Part shown: positions 19,715-27,437 of the stretch, in pieces
Position numbering within the stretch: the first letter of the stretch is position 1
Layout of the letters: each line of letters opens with the position of its first letter
Assembly (NCBI GenBank): GCA_034431095.1
Contig: DAOUDM010000011.1
Location: 1 to 60,079 of the forward strand
Reading direction: 5' to 3'
Source of the DNA: Dehalococcoidales bacterium
GTDB lineage: Bacteria; Chloroflexota; Dehalococcoidia; Dehalococcoidales; W693
DNA length: 60,079 nt
Made by a program: the position numbers and the translations under genes
Notes under the pieces: model-generated
The model's input: only the letters and a program-made list of their open reading frames with translations
Database searches by the model: none
Told to the model about the DNA's origin: nothing

Positions 19715-21715
19715 TTATACTGCACCTAAAAGCAGGCGCTGCTGGTACTCTCCGCGGCCGGGGTTATAGCTCATTACCAAGCCAACCAGCCTCTTCTTTT
19801 GAGCGTCAAGACCGGCACGGCTGTCGGTTATATCGACGACATCGTATAGCTGTTGTCCGCAGTTAACCGGAATCCGTATCAAGCCGTCAGCCGATGCTAT
19901 CTCCGCTTTCCTGAGGTAGGCTTCCCCGCGCGCCTGGGCTCCGGCGACGGTGTTGATGTTGTTATCCTCCAGGTGCTTGAGCCGGTCATAGACCTTATCC
20001 ACTTCATCCCAGTTAAAGCTGTCGGTGACGATGGTGCCGCTGTCGTATCCCTCGACCTGGATGCGGTTGTGCTTCAAGGCTGAGAGCTGGTAGCGTCCCT
20101 CGAGTATCGGGTGGGCGGTGGCTCCGCTCTGCGGGGTGATATAGGCATAAACTGATGCGTCTTCAGCCAGCGGATTGACCAGGTAAGCTTTATAGCCCTC
20201 GATAAATAGCACATCGGGGACGAACGACAATAGCCTGTATATCGCTGTTGTGCCACCGGTATCGGGGTTTATGGTGAAGTCGGGGTAATAGCCAGTGATG
20301 ACCGATGACTGGGAGACTACCTCCAGCTTCAAGCCAGCCCTTGCAAACACAAAGGAGAGGATGTCCTTAACGCTGGCATCGCTTGAGTCCTTGTTCCACC
20401 GCATCTGGTATCTTGCCTGCCAGTTTGCCACCAGGCTCCAGCTGTCGAGGGCGTATAGCACCAGGCTTGCCCTGCCGCCCGAGCTGGTATGCTCGTAGGC
20501 TTCCAGGGTAAAGCTCTGCCCGGGGCTTGCCTCGTTGCCCTGTGAGGTGTTATAGCCCGGGCTTAGGTCTAGCTGACAGCCGATGTCAAGGGGTGATGGT
20601 AGCGAAGAAAAGCAGCCGTCGTCGTTCCTGAGCTCTACGGTGAGCTTGCCCCCGGATGTTTTGGTCTCCTGCTTTAAGGACAGCACGTCGGCGGTTAAAT
20701 CCAGGCTCTGGCTGGCGAGCGAGGCTCGCCAGACGCCGTTTGGGGAGGACAACCAGCAGTAGTCACCGTGGTGGGCAATAGCCAGCCCATACTCCGAGGA
20801 CAGGTTGAAGGGCACCGGTTCCCGCCACAGGTTATCAACGAAGCCGGTATCGGCGACCGAGTGTGACCAGAAGGGGCGGTAGTAGGCTTCGGTGCCGGTG
20901 AACTTCTCGATGTAGAAACAGCGGCAGACATCCGGCTTGTCCAGGAAAGCCCGGTGGTATTCAAAGCTGCCCCCTGAAGGAGCCTGGGCGAACTCCTTGA
21001 GGTCTGACCAGGTGCCAGCGGCAACATCGCCACCATCGCCATAGACCAGGCTCCACAGCTTGAAATTGCCGTCCGTGTCCTGGCCGGTGACAAAAAGGTT
21101 CCAGTCGCCGTCATAGACTGCGGCAACGCCCGATAGCGCACCAGTGGTCTTATCCCAGGCTGATTTCGTCTGCCACTGGCCGCTCTCGTACTTTTTAACA
21201 TAGAGCGTTGCCTGGTCGGCGAAGAAGAGGGCGATGTCACCGTTGGGCTTGTAGGCGGCGGTGATGCCGTTGATGGCGGTAGTCGGTGAGTAATCGATAA
21301 GCTCCGGTGACCCCCAGCTTATGCCGTAGTCAGTGCTCTTTATCCACTGAATCTTTCGGTCAGACTTGATCCAGAAGATAGACACCTCCGCTCCCAGTGA
21401 GGCGGCAGCCACGATGACGGCATTGTAATGGCTGGTGTATGCCCACTGGTTGAAGTCGGACTCCGGGTTCGGGTCGGCTACCCTCTGCCGGTACAGCTTC
21501 CTTGAATCGGACGGGGGAGTTATCCTGACCTTTACCAGCGACCCGTCGCCGGGGATGGTCACAGCATGAAAGTAGTCGTCCTCCGAGCCATTATATAGCC
21601 TTGTCCAGTCGAGCCTGGTAACACCGGCAATCTTGTTGCAGGCTTCCAGTTTGACATAAGGTGTATGAGAGGCCTGCTTTTGAGCGGTCAGCAGTGTTTC
21701 CGATAGATTTCTCAT
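19715..21715 (-). CDS. Phage virion protein: N-terminal BNR/beta-propeller-like region, C-terminal baseplate hub-like region
   Basis: Asp-box-like KSTDYGISW and Trp-rich beta repeats; C-terminal A..RGEAYLRK...IPVNCGQQLYDVVDITDSRAG resembles hub (gp27/late control D-like) endings; last large gene of the structural operon. Confidence 0.55.
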   Translation of the reverse strand: MRNLSETLLTAQKQASHTPYVKLEACNKIAGVTRLDWTRLYNGSEDDYFHAVTIPGDGSLVKVRITPPSDSRKLYRQRVADPNPESDFNQWAYTSHYNAVIVAAASLGAEVSIFWIKSDRKIQWIKSTDYGISWGSPELIDYSPTTAINGITAAYKPNGDIALFFADQATLYVKKYESGQWQTKSAWDKTTGALSGVAAVYDGDWNLFVTGQDTDGNFKLWSLVYGDGGDVAAGTWSDLKEFAQAPSGGSFEYHRAFLDKPDVCRCFYIEKFTGTEAYYRPFWSHSVADTGFVDNLWREPVPFNLSSEYGLAIAHHGDYCWLSSPNGVWRASLASQSLDLTADVLSLKQETKTSGGKLTVELRNDDGCFSSLPSPLDIGCQLDLSPGYNTSQGNEASPGQSFTLEAYEHTSSGGRASLVLYALDSWSLVANWQARYQMRWNKDSSDASVKDILSFVFARAGLKLEVVSQSSVITGYYPDFTINPDTGGTTAIYRLLSFVPDVLFIEGYKAYLVNPLAEDASVYAYITPQSGATAHPILEGRYQLSALKHNRIQVEGYDSGTIVTDSFNWDEVDKVYDRLKHLEDNNINTVAGAQARGEAYLRKAEIASADGLIRIPVNCGQQLYDVVDITDSRAGLDAQKKRLVGLVMSYNPGRGEYQQRLLLGAV

Positions 21716-21972
21716 TGTTCTTTATTATCCTCACCTTGCTGGTTGGGTATGTATTTCTTGCCCCAGAAGAGGTGGCCGGCGATGTAGCCGAGGGCAAAAA
21801 CCAGCAGCAGCCAGAAGATCAGTGGCCACAGCCAGTAGCCCAGTATGGCGCCGGCGGCAACAAGGGTAATAATGCACAAGCCCTCGTATTTATGCCATAT
21901 ATCGCGCAGGATATAGGTCCAGGGTCGGCTGCCGATTGCCTGCCACAATGCACGGTAGATGTTTGCTAGCAT
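21712..21972 (-). CDS. Small two-TM membrane protein, holin-like
   Basis: Two hydrophobic segments and a charged C-terminus (GKKYIPNQQGEDNKEQ); located in the virion operon. Confidence 0.45.
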   Translation of the reverse strand: MLANIYRALWQAIGSRPWTYILRDIWHKYEGLCIITLVAAGAILGYWLWPLIFWLLLVFALGYIAGHLFWGKKYIPNQQGEDNKEQ

Positions 21973-21992
21973 CAGTTCTCCGAATATCTTGC

Positions 21993-22625
21993 TTATGGTC
22001 CGTAGTCGGTTGTTTTTGATACAACCGGATAGGCTGGCTTGTAGAGCTGATTTATTCTGGCCCGGTTTCTCCGCCCCAGCCGTTTGAGCTCCTGCCGGAA
22101 GTAGTCTAGGTTCTCCCTGCCCCAGCCGAGGAGCTCCCCGGGTGTTGCCGTGCCGCCGACATTAACCCGGTTGATGGCAAAGGCGGCCCATTCCACGGAG
22201 GCGTAGCCACAGGCGCCGGTAGCGATTAAGTCCTCGTAGATGGCGGGGATGGTCGAGCTTCCGGTATCAAGGGTATGGAGCTTGCCGTAGTAGATATAGG
22301 CGTTTGAGCCGTCGGGCACTTCTTCCCCCAGCAGGGTTACGGTATCCCCCCACAGGCTAAAGCGCTGATATATTTTGGGGAACCTGTCCACCGGGTATTC
22401 TACGGCTTGAACCATAATACGGTTGGTGATGGTAGATATATCAAGCTCTCTGGAGTCGGCGGTAGTAGCCTTGGTCGTTTTTTGCTCCAGTGGTATAGCC
22501 TCGGAGAGTTCCCTAGCGGCATGGGCGATGTGCCTGTCCAGCTCATCGTTGCTCCAGCGGTAGTTCTCCGAGTCCTCGTCGTGCAGGTCGCGCCTGACTA
22601 TGGCTCTCATCTCGGTCAGGTTCAT
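21993..22625 (-). CDS. Phage head-tail adaptor/connector protein
   Basis: MNLTEMRAIVRRDLHDED...WSNDELDRHI is typical of gp15/gp6-like adaptors; located downstream of the capsid gene. Confidence 0.7.
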   Translation of the reverse strand: MNLTEMRAIVRRDLHDEDSENYRWSNDELDRHIAHAARELSEAIPLEQKTTKATTADSRELDISTITNRIMVQAVEYPVDRFPKIYQRFSLWGDTVTLLGEEVPDGSNAYIYYGKLHTLDTGSSTIPAIYEDLIATGACGYASVEWAAFAINRVNVGGTATPGELLGWGRENLDYFRQELKRLGRRNRARINQLYKPAYPVVSKTTDYGP

Positions 22626-22628
22626 AGT

Positions 22629-22838
22629 TTATCTCCTAAGCCTGGCTAGTGCTTTTACCAGCTGTTTGAGTTTGGTAGTGGTTAGTTCGGCATCCGTTAA
22701 GCTGGAGAGTTGGGCGATGGTATTTTCCGCCTCCTCCCTCTCCAGCTCTTCATCGGAGACCTTATAGGGTATCTTTTCGGTTGCTATTAACTTGCTGTCT
22801 CTATAAGTCTCTATTGTTTGGTATCTTGTTTCCGGCAT
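22629..22838 (-). CDS. Hypothetical phage protein
   Basis: AGGAG RBS, in operon, tight spacing. Confidence 0.6.
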   Translation of the reverse strand: MPETRYQTIETYRDSKLIATEKIPYKVSDEELEREEAENTIAQLSSLTDAELTTTKLKQLVKALARLRR

Positions 22839-22848
22839 AATTGTCTCC

Positions 22849-23454
22849 TTAATCCAGCGATGAAACCCTTACCGCGCCATATCCGGCAGACCACTCACCA
22901 TCAGGGGTCGGGAACGGGTCGGCCAGGGCGGCGGGATTTTCCCCGCCTTTGTAGAGGCTGGCAGCAGTACCAGCTAGGTTAGTATTATTTGCCCCGATGG
23001 GGCTCCAGGCGGCAGAGTAATACCTTATAGCAGGTGTTCCATCGCTGATGACTGCTATAAAGTAGATGCCCTTGGTTAATGCCTGCCCGCCGCTGATTTG
23101 CAGAGTCTTTAAGCCGGTGCTGTCAACGGCAACGGTTCCGGCGTCAAGCAACAGGGTGCCGGGGTACAGGTTGGTCCCCACATTATAGATACCGAGACGG
23201 GCAATCTTGCCCGCGGCGGCGGCAGATGTAACCTCGATTACCAGATGGCTCAGGGTCATAGCCCTGGGGACCAGCATAAAGGTGCCGACCAGTCTGTTAG
23301 CCACTACGGTTACGGTTCCAAAGGCATAGATAGGGAGCAGTATCTGGTTTTTCCCTGTCCTCAGCCTATCCATCAGCTGGTAGCTATGGGCATCAAGGCT
23401 GGCTTCATGGTCAGCCAGTTGCCCCTCAATACATTCTCCGGCAAGTTTGAGCAT
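22849..23454 (-). CDS. Phage structural protein (head fibre/decoration-like beta-sandwich)
   Basis: IEVTSAAAAGKIARLGIY...YPGTLLLDAGTV...TGLKTLQI...KGIYFIAV is a pattern common in virion appendage proteins. Confidence 0.5.
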   Translation of the reverse strand: MLKLAGECIEGQLADHEASLDAHSYQLMDRLRTGKNQILLPIYAFGTVTVVANRLVGTFMLVPRAMTLSHLVIEVTSAAAAGKIARLGIYNVGTNLYPGTLLLDAGTVAVDSTGLKTLQISGGQALTKGIYFIAVISDGTPAIRYYSAAWSPIGANNTNLAGTAASLYKGGENPAALADPFPTPDGEWSAGYGAVRVSSLD

Positions 23455-23465
23455 AGTTTCACCTC

Positions 23466-23807
23466 CTAGCTAAGGCTATAGTCCGCCTCGAGGGAGAATG
23501 ATGTCCCCGAGAAAGCGGTCACCTTAAGAAATATGATAGCTCCTCTGGAGTCGACTATCAGGGCATGCTGTCCGGTGGCAGTGAATGTTCTCTTGCTACC
23601 TCCGAACCACTTCTCCTGCCTCGGGTTCCAGAAGATGACCTGGGTTTCGAGGCTAGTGAGGCCGGTGCCGGTGATGGTGATATCGAGGCGGCATTCTTTA
23701 TACCCTTCGCTGTCGATGGCTCCCGAGGTGTCCGCCGGGTCGGATGTGTCAACAGTGGTGATACCGCTCCGGTGGAGCTTGGGTTGTGTGACGTAAACTT
23801 CAGCCAT
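23466..23807 (-). CDS. Hypothetical phage protein (possible capsid decoration protein)
   Basis: Beta-rich 113-aa protein immediately after the capsid gene; AAGGAG RBS. Confidence 0.5.
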   Translation of the reverse strand: MAEVYVTQPKLHRSGITTVDTSDPADTSGAIDSEGYKECRLDITITGTGLTSLETQVIFWNPRQEKWFGGSKRTFTATGQHALIVDSRGAIIFLKVTAFSGTSFSLEADYSLS

Positions 23808-23859
23808 AACTTGTCTCCTTTGGGTGGGGAGGGGTTTATCCCCTCCCCACGGATTTAGT

Positions 23860-24780
23860 TTAGTCCTGGGCGCCTATCAGCGCCGCCGCTTTTACAGAGG
23901 AAAACAGTGCCAGTGAGCAGTACCACTTGACCCGGGTACGCGAGGCATCCTTGTTCTCCAGCGGGCCAATCGGCTCTACCTGGAGGAAGCCGGGGCTGGT
24001 CAAGCCGCAAAGGGCGCCTTCGCCGAGCTGGATGACGTAGATGGTGGAGCAGTCGCCGCCGGTGGTGGCTGATTCCAGGCTGTCGGTGACGATGTGGGTG
24101 TCGAGTATCCAGTCGTTGACGCCGATGGGGATGCCGTCCCATAGCTGGATGAAGTTGCCCCAGCTATCGCGGTCGGCGTCCATCATGCCGCCGGCGGCTC
24201 TGACCAGGGTGTTGATCTTACGCCGCGAGCGGCGGCTCATCAGTAGCATATCGGGCTTGCCGCCTTTTACAGCGTCGATGAGCTCATCCAGCTTATCCAG
24301 CGTCAGGGTGGCGCCGGTGGCGCCCATAGCGATAACCTGGTCGCTGGCGCTGGTGGTGTCGATGAGCAGCCTCAACCCGTCGAACTGCTTTGAGTTGGTT
24401 GCCGAGTCGCCGTAGATGAAGATTTCGTCGAACTTTTGCTTGAGCGCCTTGGCTTTGAGCTCTATGATTGCCGACTCGAGGTCCTGGACGTTGCTTCGGG
24501 TTGCCTTAAGGAAGTTGTCGACATCGGCATCGCCGCCCATTATTTTCAGGTTGGCTGTCTTTTGTTCGAAGGTCGGGGTGGACTCATCCCAGGTATCACC
24601 GACATCGTAGAAGTCGATGCTGGGCAGGGCATTCTCCTGATTGTAGGTCAGGCCGTTGCCCACGATTTCGATAAATGGTAGTTGCTGCAGGATAGGGGAG
24701 TCCTTAACGATGGTCTCCACTACCCCCTGGAGCAGTATATCGTTGGATAATTTTGATGCTTCGGCTAGGGTTAAAGCCAT
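23860..24780 (-). CDS. Major capsid protein (HK97-fold type)
   Basis: 306 aa; LPFIEIVGNGLTYNQENALP, GGDADVDNFL, FIYGDS...FDGL, TLDKLDELID, WDGIPI, RVKWYCSLAL; follows scaffold and portal. Confidence 0.88.
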   Translation of the reverse strand: MALTLAEASKLSNDILLQGVVETIVKDSPILQQLPFIEIVGNGLTYNQENALPSIDFYDVGDTWDESTPTFEQKTANLKIMGGDADVDNFLKATRSNVQDLESAIIELKAKALKQKFDEIFIYGDSATNSKQFDGLRLLIDTTSASDQVIAMGATGATLTLDKLDELIDAVKGGKPDMLLMSRRSRRKINTLVRAAGGMMDADRDSWGNFIQLWDGIPIGVNDWILDTHIVTDSLESATTGGDCSTIYVIQLGEGALCGLTSPGFLQVEPIGPLENKDASRTRVKWYCSLALFSSVKAAALIGAQD

Positions 24781-25286
24781 TATTTGTTACCTCCTATGGC
24801 GTATTGAATTTTTTCCCTGGCAGATAGAGCTGAGAAGTCGGGTGGGGTTCTCACCGGGGCGCCGGCCGGGATTCTGGTTTTGATAGCCTCAGCCTCCAGT
24901 CCCTGCCTCACCTGGCTGACCAGGTTCTTGGCTCTGGCCAGCGAGTCGTCGATTGACTCGATGGTGTCGCCGGTGATAAGTTCGGGGGGTACTTCCGGAT
25001 TGGTCTCAATCACTATGCTCTTGTAGCTCGATACCGCCTTGCTTAGCTGTTCGCCGAGCTGGTCGAGGTCTTCGCTGGACTGGGTGACGGACTGCTCCAG
25101 GGAAGCGATTTCGCTGTCTTTGTCGGCTACAGCCTGCTCCAGCTTCAAGATTTGCTGGTTCCTTGCCTCCAGCTCCCGGTCTTTCTCGGTGACCAGTTGG
25201 GTAAGCTCGGTAACTCTGGCTTCAAGCTGCCTCAGCTTCTCCTCCAAGGGATTTTGCTCTTCCTGTTTTAGCTCTTCATCAGTCAA
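24780..25286 (-). CDS. Capsid scaffolding protein
   Basis: Acidic coiled coil with C-terminal PPDFSALSAREKIQYA tail; stop overlaps the capsid start codon (TAATG). Confidence 0.75.
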   Translation of the reverse strand: MTDEELKQEEQNPLEEKLRQLEARVTELTQLVTEKDRELEARNQQILKLEQAVADKDSEIASLEQSVTQSSEDLDQLGEQLSKAVSSYKSIVIETNPEVPPELITGDTIESIDDSLARAKNLVSQVRQGLEAEAIKTRIPAGAPVRTPPDFSALSAREKIQYAIGGNK

Positions 25287-25309
25287 ATTAAATAACCCCC
25301 TTGTGATTG

Positions 25310-26695
25310 TTACAAAGCGCCTTCCACCTTGGGCTTCAAAGCTCTCTCTCGCCCGCCGCCGGCGGTAGACTTGGCACTAAGCTCTTTATTCATCTTGAGG
25401 ATGGCCTGCCTCTCCTCAAGCCACTGCTTGAACTCCATCTCCGGGTCGTTGACCCCGACCTCGTACATAGCCCGGCGCCGGGAGTGGATGCCGTTCTGAA
25501 CCAGGGTCTGCTCATTGGTGACCAGACGGCTCAGGTCTCTGGGCAACACCGGGCTCCAGACCACATCCAAACGGTGGTTGCCGAAGTCCTGGTTCTGGTA
25601 TTTCTCGATAAGCCGGAGGATGAGCTGGCCTCTCTTTTTATAGGCGGTGGTCCTGATGAGTCTCTTGCGCCACACCTTCTGCAATAGCGGTTGTAGCTCA
25701 ATCTCAAGGGCTACCCCGGAAAGGTCCCTGGAGGTGCCGCCGAAGGCAGCTCGGGGCGCCTCGGCGACATCATGCAGGGTTCGGTAAAGGAGGTCGATGT
25801 AGCTGATGTGGAGGCCGACGCCACCGCCCTGGAGCAGGTCAAGCAGGTAGGCTTTAGCATCGTCGGGTATGTTCCACACTGCCCCCGGCTTGACGGCGAT
25901 ATCCTCGGATTCCTCCACGTTCTCCAGTACGGCGATGGGGTTGCCCGATAGCTCCAGGATTCTTGATAGCTGGCTCATCGCCCGGTTCAGCTCCCGCTGT
26001 GGCTCGACGAGCTGTGCCAGATCGGATATGCCCCAGAACTTCTTCGGCTCTCTCAGGTTGGGGTAGATAACGAACGGGATAAAGCCGTAGGGGTTGGCTT
26101 TCTTCTCTACCTGGTTATCGTCCAGCCAGAGCTCGAAGTGCCCGTCTGTCCATATCTCGACGATGCTGGCTGTCTTGCCCCTGGCTTTTACCCCGTACTG
26201 GATTTCAGCCTCCTCGGCGGTCAGGTTGTACTTTGAGGCTACCCGCCATATTCGGGAGGTGTCGTCTCCCAGCCACCAGGCATAGATACCCTGGATATCG
26301 GGGGCGGTAACCCGGACGGCCTTCCTTTCCGTGTCCCAGGTAACCTTGAAGCAGGCGTCGCCGAGGATGGCGCAGTCAATCTCGGTCTCGAAGGTTAGCT
26401 GTTCCAGGTTGTTGTCCTGCTCCACCTGCCGCAGGGCGGCCTCGGCTCTCTTGGCTCTGGCTCTGGCTTCGTCCGAATCCTCCACCGCCTCGACGGTCGA
26501 GTGAACGCCGGATGACAGATAGGAAGTGACCTTGTCGATAACCACCTTGGCGTAGTTGAAGGTCAGGTGTTTCTCGCCTCGGGTGGCGCGACCTGGCCAC
26601 TGCTGGCCGCGGTAGAAATCGAGCAGCTCCCGGTACCGTTTGAGCCTGTCAAAGTCCTGCTGGTTCAACTGCATTGGGGTGAAATCATTGTTCAT
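25310..26695 (-). CDS. Phage portal protein (SPP1 gp6-like)
   Basis: 461 aa; LDFYRGQQW, TFNYAKVVIDK, AILGDACFKV, NPYGFIPFVIYPN...WGISDL, SGVALEIELQPL. Confidence 0.9.
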   Translation of the reverse strand: MNNDFTPMQLNQQDFDRLKRYRELLDFYRGQQWPGRATRGEKHLTFNYAKVVIDKVTSYLSSGVHSTVEAVEDSDEARARAKRAEAALRQVEQDNNLEQLTFETEIDCAILGDACFKVTWDTERKAVRVTAPDIQGIYAWWLGDDTSRIWRVASKYNLTAEEAEIQYGVKARGKTASIVEIWTDGHFELWLDDNQVEKKANPYGFIPFVIYPNLREPKKFWGISDLAQLVEPQRELNRAMSQLSRILELSGNPIAVLENVEESEDIAVKPGAVWNIPDDAKAYLLDLLQGGGVGLHISYIDLLYRTLHDVAEAPRAAFGGTSRDLSGVALEIELQPLLQKVWRKRLIRTTAYKKRGQLILRLIEKYQNQDFGNHRLDVVWSPVLPRDLSRLVTNEQTLVQNGIHSRRRAMYEVGVNDPEMEFKQWLEERQAILKMNKELSAKSTAGGGRERALKPKVEGAL

Positions 26696-26709
26696 CTTTT
26701 ATCCTTTGT

Positions 26710-27015
26710 TTAAAAATCTTGGTCTTCCTGATGAGTGTTCCGGTAGTTCTTCAGCACCCTCTGGACGGTGCGCTGGCTGATGCTGAATGCTATCGCCAGC
26801 TCTTTTACTCCTCTGCCCTCTTTCTGGAACTGGTGCAGTATCTGCCGGTCACGGCGGCTCTTGAGCAGGTGCTGCTTGCCTCTGGGCACGTCGTAGATGC
26901 ATCCGGGGAAGGGACAATTGAGACAGGATTCAGCCAGTTCACAGCCTTCATCTTTGTAATGACAATACTCCGGTGGTAAATCTATCTCAGTGTAAAACGT
27001 CGGCTCCAGTTCCAT
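26710..27015 (-). CDS. Cys-cluster + HTH DNA-binding protein (candidate late-gene regulator); track start 27024
   Basis: C-x6-C-x5-C-x2-C-x4-C followed by GVKELAIAFSISQRTVQRVL HTH; first gene of the virion operon. Confidence 0.7.
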   Translation of the reverse strand: MELEPTFYTEIDLPPEYCHYKDEGCELAESCLNCPFPGCIYDVPRGKQHLLKSRRDRQILHQFQKEGRGVKELAIAFSISQRTVQRVLKNYRNTHQEDQDF

Positions 27016-27049
27016 AACACTCAATCCAAAAAGCTCACTGAGTGGTAAA

Positions 27050-27078
27050 ATAATAGCACATATGTTCTATTCGGTCAA
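27050..27078 (-). promoter_or_regulatory. Promoter of the virion operon with a LexA-like (GAAC-N4-GTTC) box between -35 and -10
   Basis: Minus strand TTGACC-17 bp-TATTAT with extended TGn; AGAACATATGTGCT (27068-27055) lies inside it. Confidence 0.7.
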
Positions 27079-27148
27079 CACTTTTTTGTCGTCTGGGAGG
27101 CTAACCATTCTGTCTTATTTGCGTTATAGTTAGTAGGCTCGTTGATGC

Positions 27149-27177
27149 TTGACAAAGGAGGATATTGGTGCTATTAT
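27149..27177 (+). promoter_or_regulatory. sigma70 promoter for the HTH + surface protein operon
   Basis: TTGACA (27149)-17 bp-TATTAT (27172), extended -10 TGc. Confidence 0.7.
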
Positions 27178-27212
27178 TGTTTTGACAAAGTAATATTTAC
27201 TTTTCTAGTATT

Positions 27213-27416
27213 ATGGTACCTTTAGATAACTACTATAATGTGATGGAAGCCGGTCATCGTCTCAAGATTCATCCGGAAACGGTGAAACGCCTGTGCCGGC
27301 AGAAAGACCTGCCGGCGATAAAGTTGCATAATACCTGGTTGATTGACAAGGATGACCTTGACAACTTCGCCGGGACCTACGTCCCGAGGCGCGGTGCTAA
27401 AAGGAAACTGATATAG
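27213..27416 (+). CDS. Excisionase/MerR-like winged HTH (HTH_17) protein
   Basis: YYNVMEAGHRLKIHPETVKRLCRQKDLPAIKLHNTWLIDKDDL. Confidence 0.85.
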   Translation: MVPLDNYYNVMEAGHRLKIHPETVKRLCRQKDLPAIKLHNTWLIDKDDLDNFAGTYVPRRGAKRKLI

Positions 27417-27437
27417 AAAACTTATAAGGGAGGAAAC

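Noticed and set aside
23860-24780. Capsid gene as an encapsulin nanocompartment
   Set aside because: It is flanked by portal, scaffold, adaptor and terminase genes, which indicate DNA packaging; no encapsulin cargo enzyme is adjacent.
27050-27177. 10-bp inverted repeat ATAATAGCAC / GTGCTATTAT as ends of an invertible segment
   Set aside because: Explained by two divergent promoters sharing the same extended -10; the repeat is short and no invertase is adjacent.
27213-27416. HTH_17 protein as the excisionase of the rnpB islet or of the capsid module
   Set aside because: It lies outside the att sites, has no adjacent integrase and is co-transcribed with a surface protein gene; a regulatory role is more parsimonious, though action in trans cannot be excluded.
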